From Terriglobia bacterium (GTDB taxonomy: Bacteria; Acidobacteriota; Terriglobia; Bryobacterales; Bryobacteraceae): DNA of 64,000 nt. The notes under the pieces were generated by a model. It had not been told where the DNA came from and did no database searches. It was given only the letters and a program-made list of their open reading frames with translations. Below are positions 37,186 through 47,239 of this stretch, piece by piece. Where the stretch lies: the NCBI GenBank assembly GCA_963757345.1, contig CAVWRP010000014.1:194542-258541 (forward strand), given 5' to 3'. A program made the translations under genes and the position numbers. Positions within the stretch are counted from its first letter, which is position 1, and each line of letters opens with the position of its first letter.

Positions 37186-40100
37186 TCAGAAATTAAGCCG
37201 TAGAGCAAACTCCAGAATGCGAGGGTTCAGCGCCGAAGTGACTTGGCCGTAAGTGCCGGCACCAAGGCTCGTATCCACATTGCCGAAGCTTGGATGATTG
37301 AAAATGTTAAAGAATTCCGCGCGGAACTGCAGACGGAATCTCTCCTTGATGGGGAATGTCTTAAAAAGAGACCAGTTCCAAACGTTCTCTCCCGGACTAC
37401 GAATAATGCCCACGCCTGCGTTACCGTAGAAGCCCCAGGCAGGCGCCGCGAATGTGCTGGTGCTAAACCAGTCAGAGACTGTATGCGGATAGGTTAATCC
37501 ACCGACCACATCCGGACGGGTCGCGGATCCCGGTGAACTGATCGACAGGCCCGGAGAGAGCGCGAATCCGCTCTCGATGACGGTCAGCCCGGAGAATGTC
37601 CAGCCTCCGAATGCCGTACCCACAAACCCATTAGCCCCACGGAAGAATGGCAGGTCATAGATGTAGCTAGCGGTAAAAATGTGCGTTCTGTCAAAACCTA
37701 CCGGGCCGTATTCGGCCCCGAAATCCCTCGGATTCTGTGCAGTGCTCCCAGTCTGGCCGCTCGATTGGAAGCCTCTGCTCGCGACATCGGCCAGCGCTTT
37801 GCTGTAGGTATAGGAGGCCGTTGCAGTGAAATATTGCGACGAATACTTCCAGCCGGCTTGCAACGAACTATAGTTCGAGTTTCCGCGATAATTCGCGGCT
37901 GCATCGGCGCCTCCGGTGTTCATGCTGCTCCAGCCCTTGTAGGGACGCGTAAAATCCGGCGACACGAGGCTGGCATTCAAACAGGGATCGAACTGGAAGC
38001 CTCCCGACGGGATGGTCTGGCCGGACTGCAAGCATCCTGGGTTGTTAATTGAGGGACCGGCTACCGGGAGCGGGGCATTGTAGTCGTAGGTGCCGGCGAG
38101 ATTATGTGCCGCACTACCCACGTACGCGATACTCAGCACGCTGTGCTTCACCAGCTCCCGCTCGAGGGTAAGGCTCCAGGTTTGCAGTTGAGTGGGCTTG
38201 TAGAGAGCATTCGGAGGTCCAATGAAATTCAAGTTAGAGCCGGTGATCGCAGCCGCCTGGCTGCCCAGCGCGGGATTGGACAATGTGCCGTTGATCAAGT
38301 TCACGTTCGTAATAAATGGCGGATTATTCAGAGAAGCATAGTTACTAAAAGGAGTGCGACTGTAGCCAACTCCGAACCCCCCGCGTATGGAGGTTTTTCC
38401 ATCGCCGGTCATGTCGTATGCAAAGCCGATTCGTGGTCCCAAATTCCAGACCTTGGATTTATAGATTCCTTCGGGAGTACCGCCTTGACCCGCGAAGGCA
38501 AGACCGTTAGTCAGGTAATTCGGCACGGCCTGGCCCGCGGCGCTCAGAGGTACGCCCGCCGGATTCGTCACGAAGTTTCCGTTAGGCTGAACAGCGGGCG
38601 CGTTGGCCGGGTTAAACGCACCGGGATTGAAGTCGGTCCACGGCTGGTTGGAAATGGTGTCCGGGGAGTACCATACTTCTCGGAGTCCCAAGTTCAGGGT
38701 AAGCCGCTTGGTCACTTTCCAGTCGTCCTGGAAATAACCTTCCAGTTGTTTGTAGTGATAATAACCCTCGCGCTGCCCGCTCGCCTGATAAAAGGTGCTA
38801 TCCAGGCCGAGGAGATAGTCGGCCATGGGATCGTTGGTATGAACGCCACTGAAATTGTATGCGCCGTGCGTATTGCTGAAGAAGTTCTGACGCTTGATGC
38901 CGAATATGTACAATACACCGGCCTGAAGCACGTGGGAGCCAACAACGTGCGTGAAATCGTCCGAGAAGGTGCCTTCTCCGTCGCTCGCGGTAACCGGCAG
39001 CGAGTAAGCGGCAATCCCTTGCCAATTCCCGCTGATAGTGATGTTGGGAACGAGCGGATTCTGATCTTTGTAGGGCAGTTGAAGCGACACATCGGACGGA
39101 AGCTCAGCGTTGGTGACATTTAGACGGGGCTTGTCGTAGGTCTGTGCATATGTCGTCTGGTTGATGGTCTTTGGAGTCAGGTTGGCGGTGAAGCGAAGCA
39201 GGCCGTTTAAACCGGTGGTATGGATTTTCTGACCTAGAGTGGGACCGACGAGATTATTCCAAGTTTGAGCCGCGGGCGTATCTGTCGCCGTTTCATACGA
39301 AACACGACCCATGAGAGTGAACCGGTCGCCGAAATACTGATCGATGCGATACGTATCGTCCCGCTGAGGAGTGACCTCGGCACCGTTATTAAGGTAGTTC
39401 AGGAATCCGGCTCCGGAATTGTTAGGCAGCGGCCAGAACTTGTTCATGAACGCCACGGCGCTTGGATCGAAGCAAGCCGGATTAAGGTGACTGGAATCGA
39501 GTACGCACGATAAGCCTGGGTGAAGCTGGTTCTCGATGGCGATGGAACTCGCATCCAGTTTCAAACCCCCGGTGCCGAGCGTCCCGCTACCGGTAAGGTC
39601 GCCGCCGCGTATCGCGGAATCGGGGAAGGCGCCGCGGAGGGTCGTGCCAACGCTACGCTTTCGCCAATCCTCGGCAACCAGGAAAAAGGTTTTGTTCTTC
39701 CTAATAGGGCCGCCGACGGTGAATCCGAAGATATTTTGCCGCAAGGGCGCCTTTTTGCTACCGTCAAAAAAATTCCGTGCGTCGAACACGTCGTTCCGTA
39801 GATATTCATAGGCGGCCCCGTGAAATTCGTTGGTGCCGGACTTGGTTTCCACCATGATGTTCGCGCTGCCTGAAAGAGGATACTTGGCGCTGAAGTTATC
39901 TTTAACCATCCGGAATTCCGAGATAGTATCGACCGGCGGGGTAATGTTGACACCGCACTGACAACCAGTGTTCATATTGAAGGTGCCGTCCTGAAGGAAA
40001 TTCGTAAACTCCGTGCCGACTCCATTTACGGAAATTGTGTTGTTTTGGGTCAGACCGCCGCCACCCATCTCTTGCGCCCCGTTTGTGTTGTTTACTCCGG

Positions 40101-40605
40101 GAATCAGCATGGCGAGCATCTGAAAGTTCCGGCCATTCAGGGCAAGATTCTGGATCTGCGTCGCGCCAATCGTTCCGCCGGATTCACTCGCTGCGGTCTC
40201 CACCGCAACAGCAGTTCCTTGAACCGAGACCTCAGTGGCCTCAGTGCCCACTTCGAGTGAGGTGTTTATTTGGACACGCGCACCGGCATCCACGGTCACA
40301 TCACGGGCGATGAAGGTATTGAAGCCAGTCTTCTTAATAGTGACCTGATAGACGGCCGCCAGGAGAGATTCGAAGTCATAGAACCCTTGCGAGTTCGATT
40401 GTGTCGTGCGACTTTGCTGGGTGGCCGCGTTGGAAATAGTGACTTCAGCATCTGGGATCACCGCCCCGGAAGGATCGGTAACGGTACCCAAAATAGCGCC
40501 CGCCGCTGCCACCTGGGCGTGAACTGACGTCGTTAAGACCAGGTTGACGCCCAACAACATGGCGACAACGGACAAAGAAAAGCTCGCACGCGGAACTTGC
40601 TTCAT
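37186..40605 (-). CDS. Oar-type TonB-dependent-receptor-like outer-membrane protein
   Basis: 1139 aa. It has a signal, a carboxypeptidase-regulatory-like domain (GTVTDPSGAVIPDAEVTISN...LLAAVYQVTIKKTGF), a plug (NLALNGRNFQML) and a barrel ending PRILEFALRLNF. Confidence 0.92.
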   Translation of the reverse strand: MKQVPRASFSLSVVAMLLGVNLVLTTSVHAQVAAAGAILGTVTDPSGAVIPDAEVTISNAATQQSRTTQSNSQGFYDFESLLAAVYQVTIKKTGFNTFIARDVTVDAGARVQINTSLEVGTEATEVSVQGTAVAVETAASESGGTIGATQIQNLALNGRNFQMLAMLIPGVNNTNGAQEMGGGGLTQNNTISVNGVGTEFTNFLQDGTFNMNTGCQCGVNITPPVDTISEFRMVKDNFSAKYPLSGSANIMVETKSGTNEFHGAAYEYLRNDVFDARNFFDGSKKAPLRQNIFGFTVGGPIRKNKTFFLVAEDWRKRSVGTTLRGAFPDSAIRGGDLTGSGTLGTGGLKLDASSIAIENQLHPGLSCVLDSSHLNPACFDPSAVAFMNKFWPLPNNSGAGFLNYLNNGAEVTPQRDDTYRIDQYFGDRFTLMGRVSYETATDTPAAQTWNNLVGPTLGQKIHTTGLNGLLRFTANLTPKTINQTTYAQTYDKPRLNVTNAELPSDVSLQLPYKDQNPLVPNITISGNWQGIAAYSLPVTASDGEGTFSDDFTHVVGSHVLQAGVLYIFGIKRQNFFSNTHGAYNFSGVHTNDPMADYLLGLDSTFYQASGQREGYYHYKQLEGYFQDDWKVTKRLTLNLGLREVWYSPDTISNQPWTDFNPGAFNPANAPAVQPNGNFVTNPAGVPLSAAGQAVPNYLTNGLAFAGQGGTPEGIYKSKVWNLGPRIGFAYDMTGDGKTSIRGGFGVGYSRTPFSNYASLNNPPFITNVNLINGTLSNPALGSQAAAITGSNLNFIGPPNALYKPTQLQTWSLTLERELVKHSVLSIAYVGSAAHNLAGTYDYNAPLPVAGPSINNPGCLQSGQTIPSGGFQFDPCLNASLVSPDFTRPYKGWSSMNTGGADAAANYRGNSNYSSLQAGWKYSSQYFTATASYTYSKALADVASRGFQSSGQTGSTAQNPRDFGAEYGPVGFDRTHIFTASYIYDLPFFRGANGFVGTAFGGWTFSGLTVIESGFALSPGLSISSPGSATRPDVVGGLTYPHTVSDWFSTSTFAAPAWGFYGNAGVGIIRSPGENVWNWSLFKTFPIKERFRLQFRAEFFNIFNHPSFGNVDTSLGAGTYGQVTSALNPRILEFALRLNF

Positions 40606-40882
40606 ACCTACCCCCCAACTGGCGGCATTTAGAGAAATGTCAACCTTAAGCAGGACGGCCGTCTCGGTCAGGCAGTATTGTATGTTTGCTGGTAGCTACT
40701 GTCAATAGAGGATGGTCGAATTTTCTGCTGTAGGCCGAAAATTGGGTTCATCTGGAAATAAATGTTATCGAGATCGCACCTGGTTTGAGGTAGCTCCAAA
40801 TCGGTCCGTCCGCCCGGAGCACCTGCGCCAAAACATTCTGCGGGCGCGCGGAGTGTCCAATGCACGAACAGTATCCAAGCGG

Positions 40883-42262
40883 CTATTGTTCAGCGTCCGT
40901 CAGCAGCGTCCCAGTCTGCGGCCGATCAGCGTCTAAATACTCAATCCAGCCGTCCATCATTTCTTTTTCGCTCGCACTTCCCCATCTAACTGGCTTCGTC
41001 GGGTCAGGATTACCGGCCTTGTTCGCGGAGTTATCGAACTTGGCCCTGACCTCGATTCGCGTGCCGCTCGGCAGGTAAATCGGGCTCTTCGCGCGATAAG
41101 TGAACTGCCAATTGAACTGGTAGTCCGGGACAGACAGCAATGTCTTTTTGTTGCCGTCGGGAAGTCGGGCGATGATCTGCATCGACTTTCCACGCAAGTG
41201 CATATGCGGAGTCAAGCTGGTGATCAAGACATTCTTCGCAAAGGTATGACACTCGCTCACCGCGTGATCCGGATCGCTTGCCGGAATCATGAACATCTGA
41301 TTCGAGAGATCGATCCGCCGCGAAATCGTCTGTGGAGGCTCTTTCGCAAAGATCAGGCCTACGCTGGTTTGGTCTTTTTCAGTCTTTCCAGTCGTTCGTG
41401 AATAGTGAATTTGAAAACTGAGCGTGGCGTGCGCCGGGATCTTGCGAGCAGTTCCTCGCGGGTAAACGTCCGGCTCGCGGCCCGGTAGATACGAACTGAT
41501 GAGACTTGCCAAATCGGAACTCTTCGACCCGGGAAAAAGCCCGTTATCGTCGACCGCACAACCGTCGTTGATGACCGGCGCTTCAGACCGCACCCATTCG
41601 AGCGAATCCTGGTGAATCAGAACCCATTTCGCATACTCGGCTGCAGGGTCGGCCTGCTTATCGGTTTTTTTCGAATCTTCCGTGGATTTGCCCGCGATAA
41701 AAACGTGCGCATGATGGACTATCTTGCGGTTTCCGGGCCTCAGTTCGGCAGCCATGATCCAGCGATCTTCATTGAAATTCGTGGGCACATTCAGATAGGT
41801 GTACTCATCGGGCCCGGTTCCGGCTATTGTCTGCTCCGGTATTGGAATCACCGCATCCGGCGGGCCGATTTTCCATCCGTCCGGAAACTCAGGAACAAGC
41901 GGAAGCTTCTTAGGATCGCCCTCCGCCTTCGGCCCTTCCACCCAGGCTTTGATGATCTGTATCTCTGAGTCTGAAAGACGAGGATCATTCGACCATTCCC
42001 CGACGGATGGATCTGCCAGCCAGGGCGGCATCTTGCGAGACACAACGGCTTCGCGGACAGCCGCTGCCCAAGGCCGGACGTCCTTATAAGTCACGAGCGG
42101 CATGGGCGCAATATCGCCGACACGATGGCACTTTACGCAATGCTGATAAAGAATCGGCGCGACATTCTCGCTGAATGTGACCTCGTTCGGGGAACCCTTC
42201 GCCAGGATCGCTCCCGAGAAAATTGCGACGGAAGCTGCTATGGCTCGACTGACGATTCGCAC
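40883..42262 (-). CDS. Secreted CxxCH protein fused to a PHM/DBH-like putative dicopper domain (paralog of 23493..24887)
   Basis: NVAPILYQHCVKCHRVGDIAPMPLVTYKDVRPWAAAVREAVVSRKMPPWLADP, IVHHAHVF, QIHY, TPHMHLRGKSM and FDNSANKAGNPDPTKPVRWGSASEKEM. It is colinear with the other copy by eye. Confidence 0.75.
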   Translation of the reverse strand: MRIVSRAIAASVAIFSGAILAKGSPNEVTFSENVAPILYQHCVKCHRVGDIAPMPLVTYKDVRPWAAAVREAVVSRKMPPWLADPSVGEWSNDPRLSDSEIQIIKAWVEGPKAEGDPKKLPLVPEFPDGWKIGPPDAVIPIPEQTIAGTGPDEYTYLNVPTNFNEDRWIMAAELRPGNRKIVHHAHVFIAGKSTEDSKKTDKQADPAAEYAKWVLIHQDSLEWVRSEAPVINDGCAVDDNGLFPGSKSSDLASLISSYLPGREPDVYPRGTARKIPAHATLSFQIHYSRTTGKTEKDQTSVGLIFAKEPPQTISRRIDLSNQMFMIPASDPDHAVSECHTFAKNVLITSLTPHMHLRGKSMQIIARLPDGNKKTLLSVPDYQFNWQFTYRAKSPIYLPSGTRIEVRAKFDNSANKAGNPDPTKPVRWGSASEKEMMDGWIEYLDADRPQTGTLLTDAEQ

Positions 42263-42368
42263 AATTCTTATGATATCCAGGTTTTACGATTCTTACGCAT
42301 AGCCTGGACTCAAGGTTTGTGTAATGGCGTGTAAGTGAGGAACGTACTCCGGAGGGCAAGCAGAAGAA

Positions 42369-44374
42369 TTACTCGTTCCGAAGCGCGGTCATTGGAGCGA
42401 GCGCGGCAGCGCGTCTTGCCGGCAGGTAACTGGCGACAAGAGCGATCCCAGAAAGCAGTACGGTGGCTGCAACCAGCGAGACAGCGTCATTTGGCTGAAC
42501 ACCAAATAAAAGGGCCGCTGCTGCTCTTCCCGCCAATAAAGAAAGGATGATCCCGGCTGTAAGACCGATGCCCATCAGCACGACAGCTTCACGAAGTACA
42601 AGACGAAGGATACGGTTGCGGTCCGCCCCGATCGCGACAACTCACGATAAACCACCAGGCGGCGTTCCGGAGAGTAAGGCACTTTGCTGAAATCGATGTT
42701 CATGGTCGTCACACCCTCCGGTTGAAACCCCGCATCAGCGGTCAGCAGATTGTGCAAACTTCGCACGAATAACAGTGCGCCCACCAGCAGGACCAGGGAA
42801 AGAGCGATTTGTGTCGCTACCAGAGCTCGCCGCAGCCCAAAACGGTCGCGGCCGGCAGTCACGCTCCGTACGCCGGTGCGCATGGCCGCTACAGGCGATA
42901 AGTAAGTGGCTCGCACGGCAGATAACAGGCCGAACAGTATGCACGTGAACACCGATAGCATCGCGGTAAATCCAAACGTGCGCCAGTCGAGCGCAAGATC
43001 CACGAATAGCGGACTATCGGGAGTGCTGATAAACAAGAGGAGCGCCCGGCTCAGGAACATCGCCAGTGTCACCCCAAGCAGCGCTCCGGCCAGAGCCAGC
43101 AGGAGGCTTTCTGCCAAAAGCTGGCGTACCAGTCTCCAGCGAGATGCTCCAATCGCGATTCTCACGGCTATTTCAGGTTCCCGAACCGTCGCGCGCGCAA
43201 GCAGTAGATTTGCCAAGTTTGCGCAGGCGATCAACAGCACGAGGGCGGCCGTTGTCATGAGCAGCCATAGAGGACGTTCGTATTGCTGCCTCAAGCGGGA
43301 CACTCCTGTCCCCGCTTCCGTTGCAACAAGTTTGTTGGCGAGAAAGCGCTTGGCAAGGTCGGGTTTGTATTCCGGCGGCAGCGTGACCCGCATGATTTGC
43401 GGTGAGAGAGCGTGCAGTTGCGCGGTGGCGCTTTTGGCCGTGCATCCCGGCTTCAACCGGCCCATTATGGAAAGCCACCAATTGGAGGGCGCTGGAATTC
43501 GACCCTTCTTGTCTTCTGCCAGCAGGCGGTCGGCGCAAAACGGGACAGCCACGTCGTACTGGTTGCCTACCTCCACCCCGAAAAAAGAAGGCGCGGTGAC
43601 GCCGATCACAGGAAACGAATATCCATTCAGGCTTATCGTTCGTCCTAGAACTCCAGCATCGCCTCCGAATTCGCGCTGCCAGAATGCATAGCTGACCACT
43701 GCGCCCGCATTGCATGACGCACTGTCGTCCTGACCGCTGAACCTGTGACCGAGCATGGCGCCTACTCCGAGGACCCGAAAAAAATCCTCGCTCACATAAA
43801 GACCTTCCGCAAAGCGCGGCTCGCCGCCATTGGAGAGGTTGAAGCGTGTGGCGCTCCACGCCAGAACGCCGCTAAACGCCTCTTGCGACGCACGGATCTG
43901 CTCCCACTGCGCATACGTAAACCTTGCGCTACGACTCGACCAGGAACCCGATCTGGACGAGTGCTCTTCAAAGTCGATGGAAACCAGTTCCTGAGGATTT
44001 TGCACCGGCAACGTTTTAAGGCGAATCGCATTGACCAGTTGAAAGATTGCACTATTCGCGCCCATACCGAGCCCGAGCGACAGCACAGCTATCAAGGCGA
44101 AGGCGGGATTCAACCTCAGTTGCCTTAGGCCATACGCAAAATCGGCGCGTGTCGAATCCAGCCAGGCTGCAACATGCATATCTCTTACTTTTTCCTTGTG
44201 CAATGAGTAACTGCCGAGACGCTTCCGTGCTTCGCGCAAGGCTTCCTTCTCGGGCATGCCGGCCGCGAGCAGGCGATCCACAGTCTCAGCCAGGTGATAC
44301 TGGAGCTCGTCGTCCAGCTCGACACTAAGCCGCTCCGATCGAAAGACGTTGCGCCACCGCACATACCATGCCAC
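42369..44374 (-). pseudogene. ADOP-family permease with out-of-frame internal deletion
   Basis: The N-terminal 580+ residues are a normal ADOP sequence (GTG start, ...ELDDELQYHLAE..., LSLGLGMGANSAIFQL). After ...SPERRLVVYRE the reading frame runs into nonsense and a stop. The C-terminal end (VAIGADRNRILRLVLREAVVLMGIG...LAPMTALRNE) resumes in another frame. The junction is near 42640, and the second periplasmic domain and the following helix are missing. Confidence 0.85.
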
Positions 44375-44392
44375 GATCGATTCTCCCGATCA

Positions 44393-44410
44393 TGAATACC
44401 GGAGTATTCA
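44393..44410. promoter_or_regulatory. Perfect 7-4-7 inverted repeat TGAATAC-CGGA-GTATTCA just upstream of the ADOP pseudogene start and its GGGAG Shine-Dalgarno
   Basis: Read directly from the sequence. It lies 19 nt from the GTG at 44374. Function unknown. Confidence 0.3.
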
Positions 44411-44629
44411 CGTCACACTGCGCGTTAGCCGCGCGCCCAAGTCTCCTGCTCACCAGCCAGCTGCCTCTCACAGAAGTAGCATCAATGTTTCCTGTGGCTT
44501 ATCGTTGCGGCTCCTGGCATAACTAGCTAGGTAAAGCCTAACCGAAAAAACCGGTTGTCAATCGCATCGTCCAGGCCTGTCGTTAGCGATGTGGCAGTGC
44601 GTCTACCGTGCGCGTAGAATTGCAAGGGG

Positions 44630-46117
44630 ATGCGGACAATACCGAAGGTATTTTGGGTTCCACTGTTACTGACTGCAATGCAAGGGGGCGCGAAGCCGAT
44701 CAGCGTTCATCCCGACAACCCTCATTACTATCTTTTTCGAGGGAAGCCCACCGTCCTGATTACCTCGGCTGAGCACTATGGTGCGGTAATCAACCGGGCC
44801 TTCGACTACATCACCTATCTCGATGCGCTTAAATCCTACGGGCTAAACTACACTCGAATCTATCCGGCGGCTTTTGTCGAACCTGAGGGCGCATTTCACC
44901 TCGAGAACACGCTGGCTCCGAAACCCGGCGATCTTGTCCAGCCCTGGGCTCGCAGTCAGAGCCCGGGATACTGGTCGGGAGGTAATCGATTCGACCTGGA
45001 CCATTGGGATCCGGAATATTTCCGTCGTCTCAAGGACTTCGTTTCACAAGCCGGGGTGCGGGGCATCGTGGTCGAGATCTGTTTCTTCAACGCGCAGAAC
45101 CGCGGCAGCTGGCCCGTTTCTCCCTTGTATTGGAAGAACAATATTCAGGGGGAGGGCCGGATTGACAAGGATGATGTCCAGACGCTGAAGCATCCGGAGT
45201 TTGTGCGACGGCAAGATGCGTTCGTGCGCCGAATTGTGGAGGAAGTGAACTCATTTGACAACGTAATCCTCGAGATCTGCGATGAGCCCTTTTCTTACGG
45301 AACGTCGCGAACGCTGGCAGGCGCATGGATTGAACACCTGGTTGGAGTGGTTAAACAAACCGAGGACTCGCTGCCGCAGAGGCATCTGCTCGGGCAACAG
45401 GTTCAAGGGCGGATTGGCGGGCCAGTCGATTTTGCGACTAACGCAAATGTGTCCGTGATCGTGACACAATACATCTGGCAAACGCCCGACGAACAGATCG
45501 GCGGAATGAAGGCGCTTGACTATCTGTACGACCGAAACAAGCCGATCGATCTGAATGAGACGGGCTACTATCCGCTTGCGTCCTGGTACACCGGAGACAA
45601 GGCCAGTGATGTTCGTGTGGAGGGTTGGGAGTTTATGGTCGGCGGAGGCTCCAGTTTCAATAATCTGAATGGAATGTATACCGTTCACGACCCGGCTGGG
45701 ACGGCTGCTGAAAACAGACCGGTTCTCAAAACGATGCAGTGCCTGAAGCAGTTCATCGAAGGCTTCGATTTCGTAAAAATGCGCCCGGATCGCAGTTTTG
45801 TCAAGAGCGGAATGCCGGCCGGTGTCTATTACCGAGGCATGAGCGAGCGTGGCAGACAGTATGGTCTGTACCACCATCACAGCACGCTCAAAGAATACGT
45901 CTATACCGTTACTCCCGGAGCGTACGAAGAGCGCCTTGTCCTGGACCTGCCGGCCGGCAAGTACCGGGTGGATTGGATCGATCCCTCCACCGGGACAGTT
46001 CTCGACACGAAGCGGTTCGCCCACGCAGGCGGGGAGCGATCGATTTCCACGCCCAAGCACGCGATCGACGTGGCATTACGTATTAAGAGCGAGGGACCTG
46101 ATCGGGGCGCGCCATAA
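44630..46117 (+). CDS. Putative secreted glycoside hydrolase (clan GH-A-like TIM barrel)
   Basis: Signal MRTIPKVFWVPLLLTAMQGGA. VILEICDEP is a possible acid/base region and IDLNETGYY a possible nucleophile region. The overall resemblance is to GH5/DUF4038-type proteins, and the family assignment is tentative. Confidence 0.55.
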   Translation: MRTIPKVFWVPLLLTAMQGGAKPISVHPDNPHYYLFRGKPTVLITSAEHYGAVINRAFDYITYLDALKSYGLNYTRIYPAAFVEPEGAFHLENTLAPKPGDLVQPWARSQSPGYWSGGNRFDLDHWDPEYFRRLKDFVSQAGVRGIVVEICFFNAQNRGSWPVSPLYWKNNIQGEGRIDKDDVQTLKHPEFVRRQDAFVRRIVEEVNSFDNVILEICDEPFSYGTSRTLAGAWIEHLVGVVKQTEDSLPQRHLLGQQVQGRIGGPVDFATNANVSVIVTQYIWQTPDEQIGGMKALDYLYDRNKPIDLNETGYYPLASWYTGDKASDVRVEGWEFMVGGGSSFNNLNGMYTVHDPAGTAAENRPVLKTMQCLKQFIEGFDFVKMRPDRSFVKSGMPAGVYYRGMSERGRQYGLYHHHSTLKEYVYTVTPGAYEERLVLDLPAGKYRVDWIDPSTGTVLDTKRFAHAGGERSISTPKHAIDVALRIKSEGPDRGAP

Positions 46118-46348
46118 GATTTCCTGATTGCATCGCGAAGACGCTTACAACCGGTAGCCGCCAGCCACGTCCACGCGGCGATCTCCCACCTGTTGATACG
46201 TCTTTAGGACGGATTTGTCAGTTTCATGGTTGTTTATTTGAGCTGCTTCTTTGTTCGTACAAAACGGTTTGTTGGGCAAACTGAGCACACTTCTGGCGGA
46301 GTGATGCCAGGGCCCTTGATCTGGAACTGCGGATTTCGTCTTAAGAAG

Positions 46349-47239
46349 TTACTCGGGTGATTGGCGGAATCCGTCCGGACTCGTATACCGCGGCAGTTTG
46401 TCGGGATTCGTAATCAGGTACAAATTCGAGATCAAGCCCTCGGCCGTCAGGTCGAGCGCCACCACGCTATATGGCCTGCCTGCGTCCCGCAGGAGAGCTC
46501 CAACTCCTCCGTTTACCTCGGCGAACTCTATGCTTAAGGCCGGGATCTTCCGGCCGATGCCGATCAGGAACCGAATCACGCGGTCCGCTCCGACGATGGG
46601 GTTGAGGGCTGCGCTGGCTTTGCCTCCGCCGTCGGACAACAACACGGCGTCCTTTGACAACAAGGCGGCCAATTGGGTCGGGTCACCTGTGGAACAGGCG
46701 GTAAGGAATTCGCGCAGTACAGCCGACTGGCGATCACGGTCTACTTCGAAGCGAGGCCGGCGCTCCTGGATGTGCTTGCGGGCGCGGGCTACGATCTGGC
46801 GGCTGTTGGATTCACTGGTGTCGAGCGCCGCCGCCACCTCCTCGTAGCTCGCATCGAAAACCTCGCGCAGTAGAAAACCTACACGTTCCACCGGAGAGAG
46901 GGATTCAAGCAGGCGTAGGAAAGCCAGCGAAAGCGATTCTGCCATTTCCACGGGCTTCGTTCCGACCGGTTCGACCAGAGGCTCCGCCAGCCAGGGCCCC
47001 ACGTAGGTTTCGCGTTGCCGGTGCGCCGCTTTCAAACCATCAAGGGCCAACCGCGCCACTACCGTCGTGAGGTATGATTTCGGCGACCGAACTTCGTCGA
47101 CCGCAGCCGATTGCCACCGTAAGAACGCGTCCTGCACCACATCTTCGGCATCTGCGCGTATACCGAGCATCCGGTACGCCAGCGCGAACAGGAGCGGCCG
47201 AAAATCCTGGAACTGGGTCTCCCGGTCGTCAGTCTGCAT
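46349..47239 (-). CDS. ECF sigma factor with C-terminal SnoaL-like extension (ECF41/SigJ-like)
   Basis: ATG 47239 gives MQTDDRETQFQDFRPLLFALAYRMLGIRADAEDVVQDAFLRWQ (region 2). Region 4 is LSPVERVGFLLREVFDASYEEVAAALDTSESNSRQIVARARKHI. About 100 further residues follow (FLTACSTGDPTQLAALLSKDAVLLSDGGG). No anti-sigma gene is adjacent. Confidence 0.85.
   Translation of the reverse strand: MQTDDRETQFQDFRPLLFALAYRMLGIRADAEDVVQDAFLRWQSAAVDEVRSPKSYLTTVVARLALDGLKAAHRQRETYVGPWLAEPLVEPVGTKPVEMAESLSLAFLRLLESLSPVERVGFLLREVFDASYEEVAAALDTSESNSRQIVARARKHIQERRPRFEVDRDRQSAVLREFLTACSTGDPTQLAALLSKDAVLLSDGGGKASAALNPIVGADRVIRFLIGIGRKIPALSIEFAEVNGGVGALLRDAGRPYSVVALDLTAEGLISNLYLITNPDKLPRYTSPDGFRQSPE

Noticed and set aside
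40606-40882. 277-nt region upstream of the Oar-like gene, considered as a possible cobalamin or other riboswitch as is often seen before TonB-dependent receptors.
   Set aside because: I could not find a B12-box-like element or other conserved riboswitch core by eye. An Rfam scan would be needed, so no claim is made.
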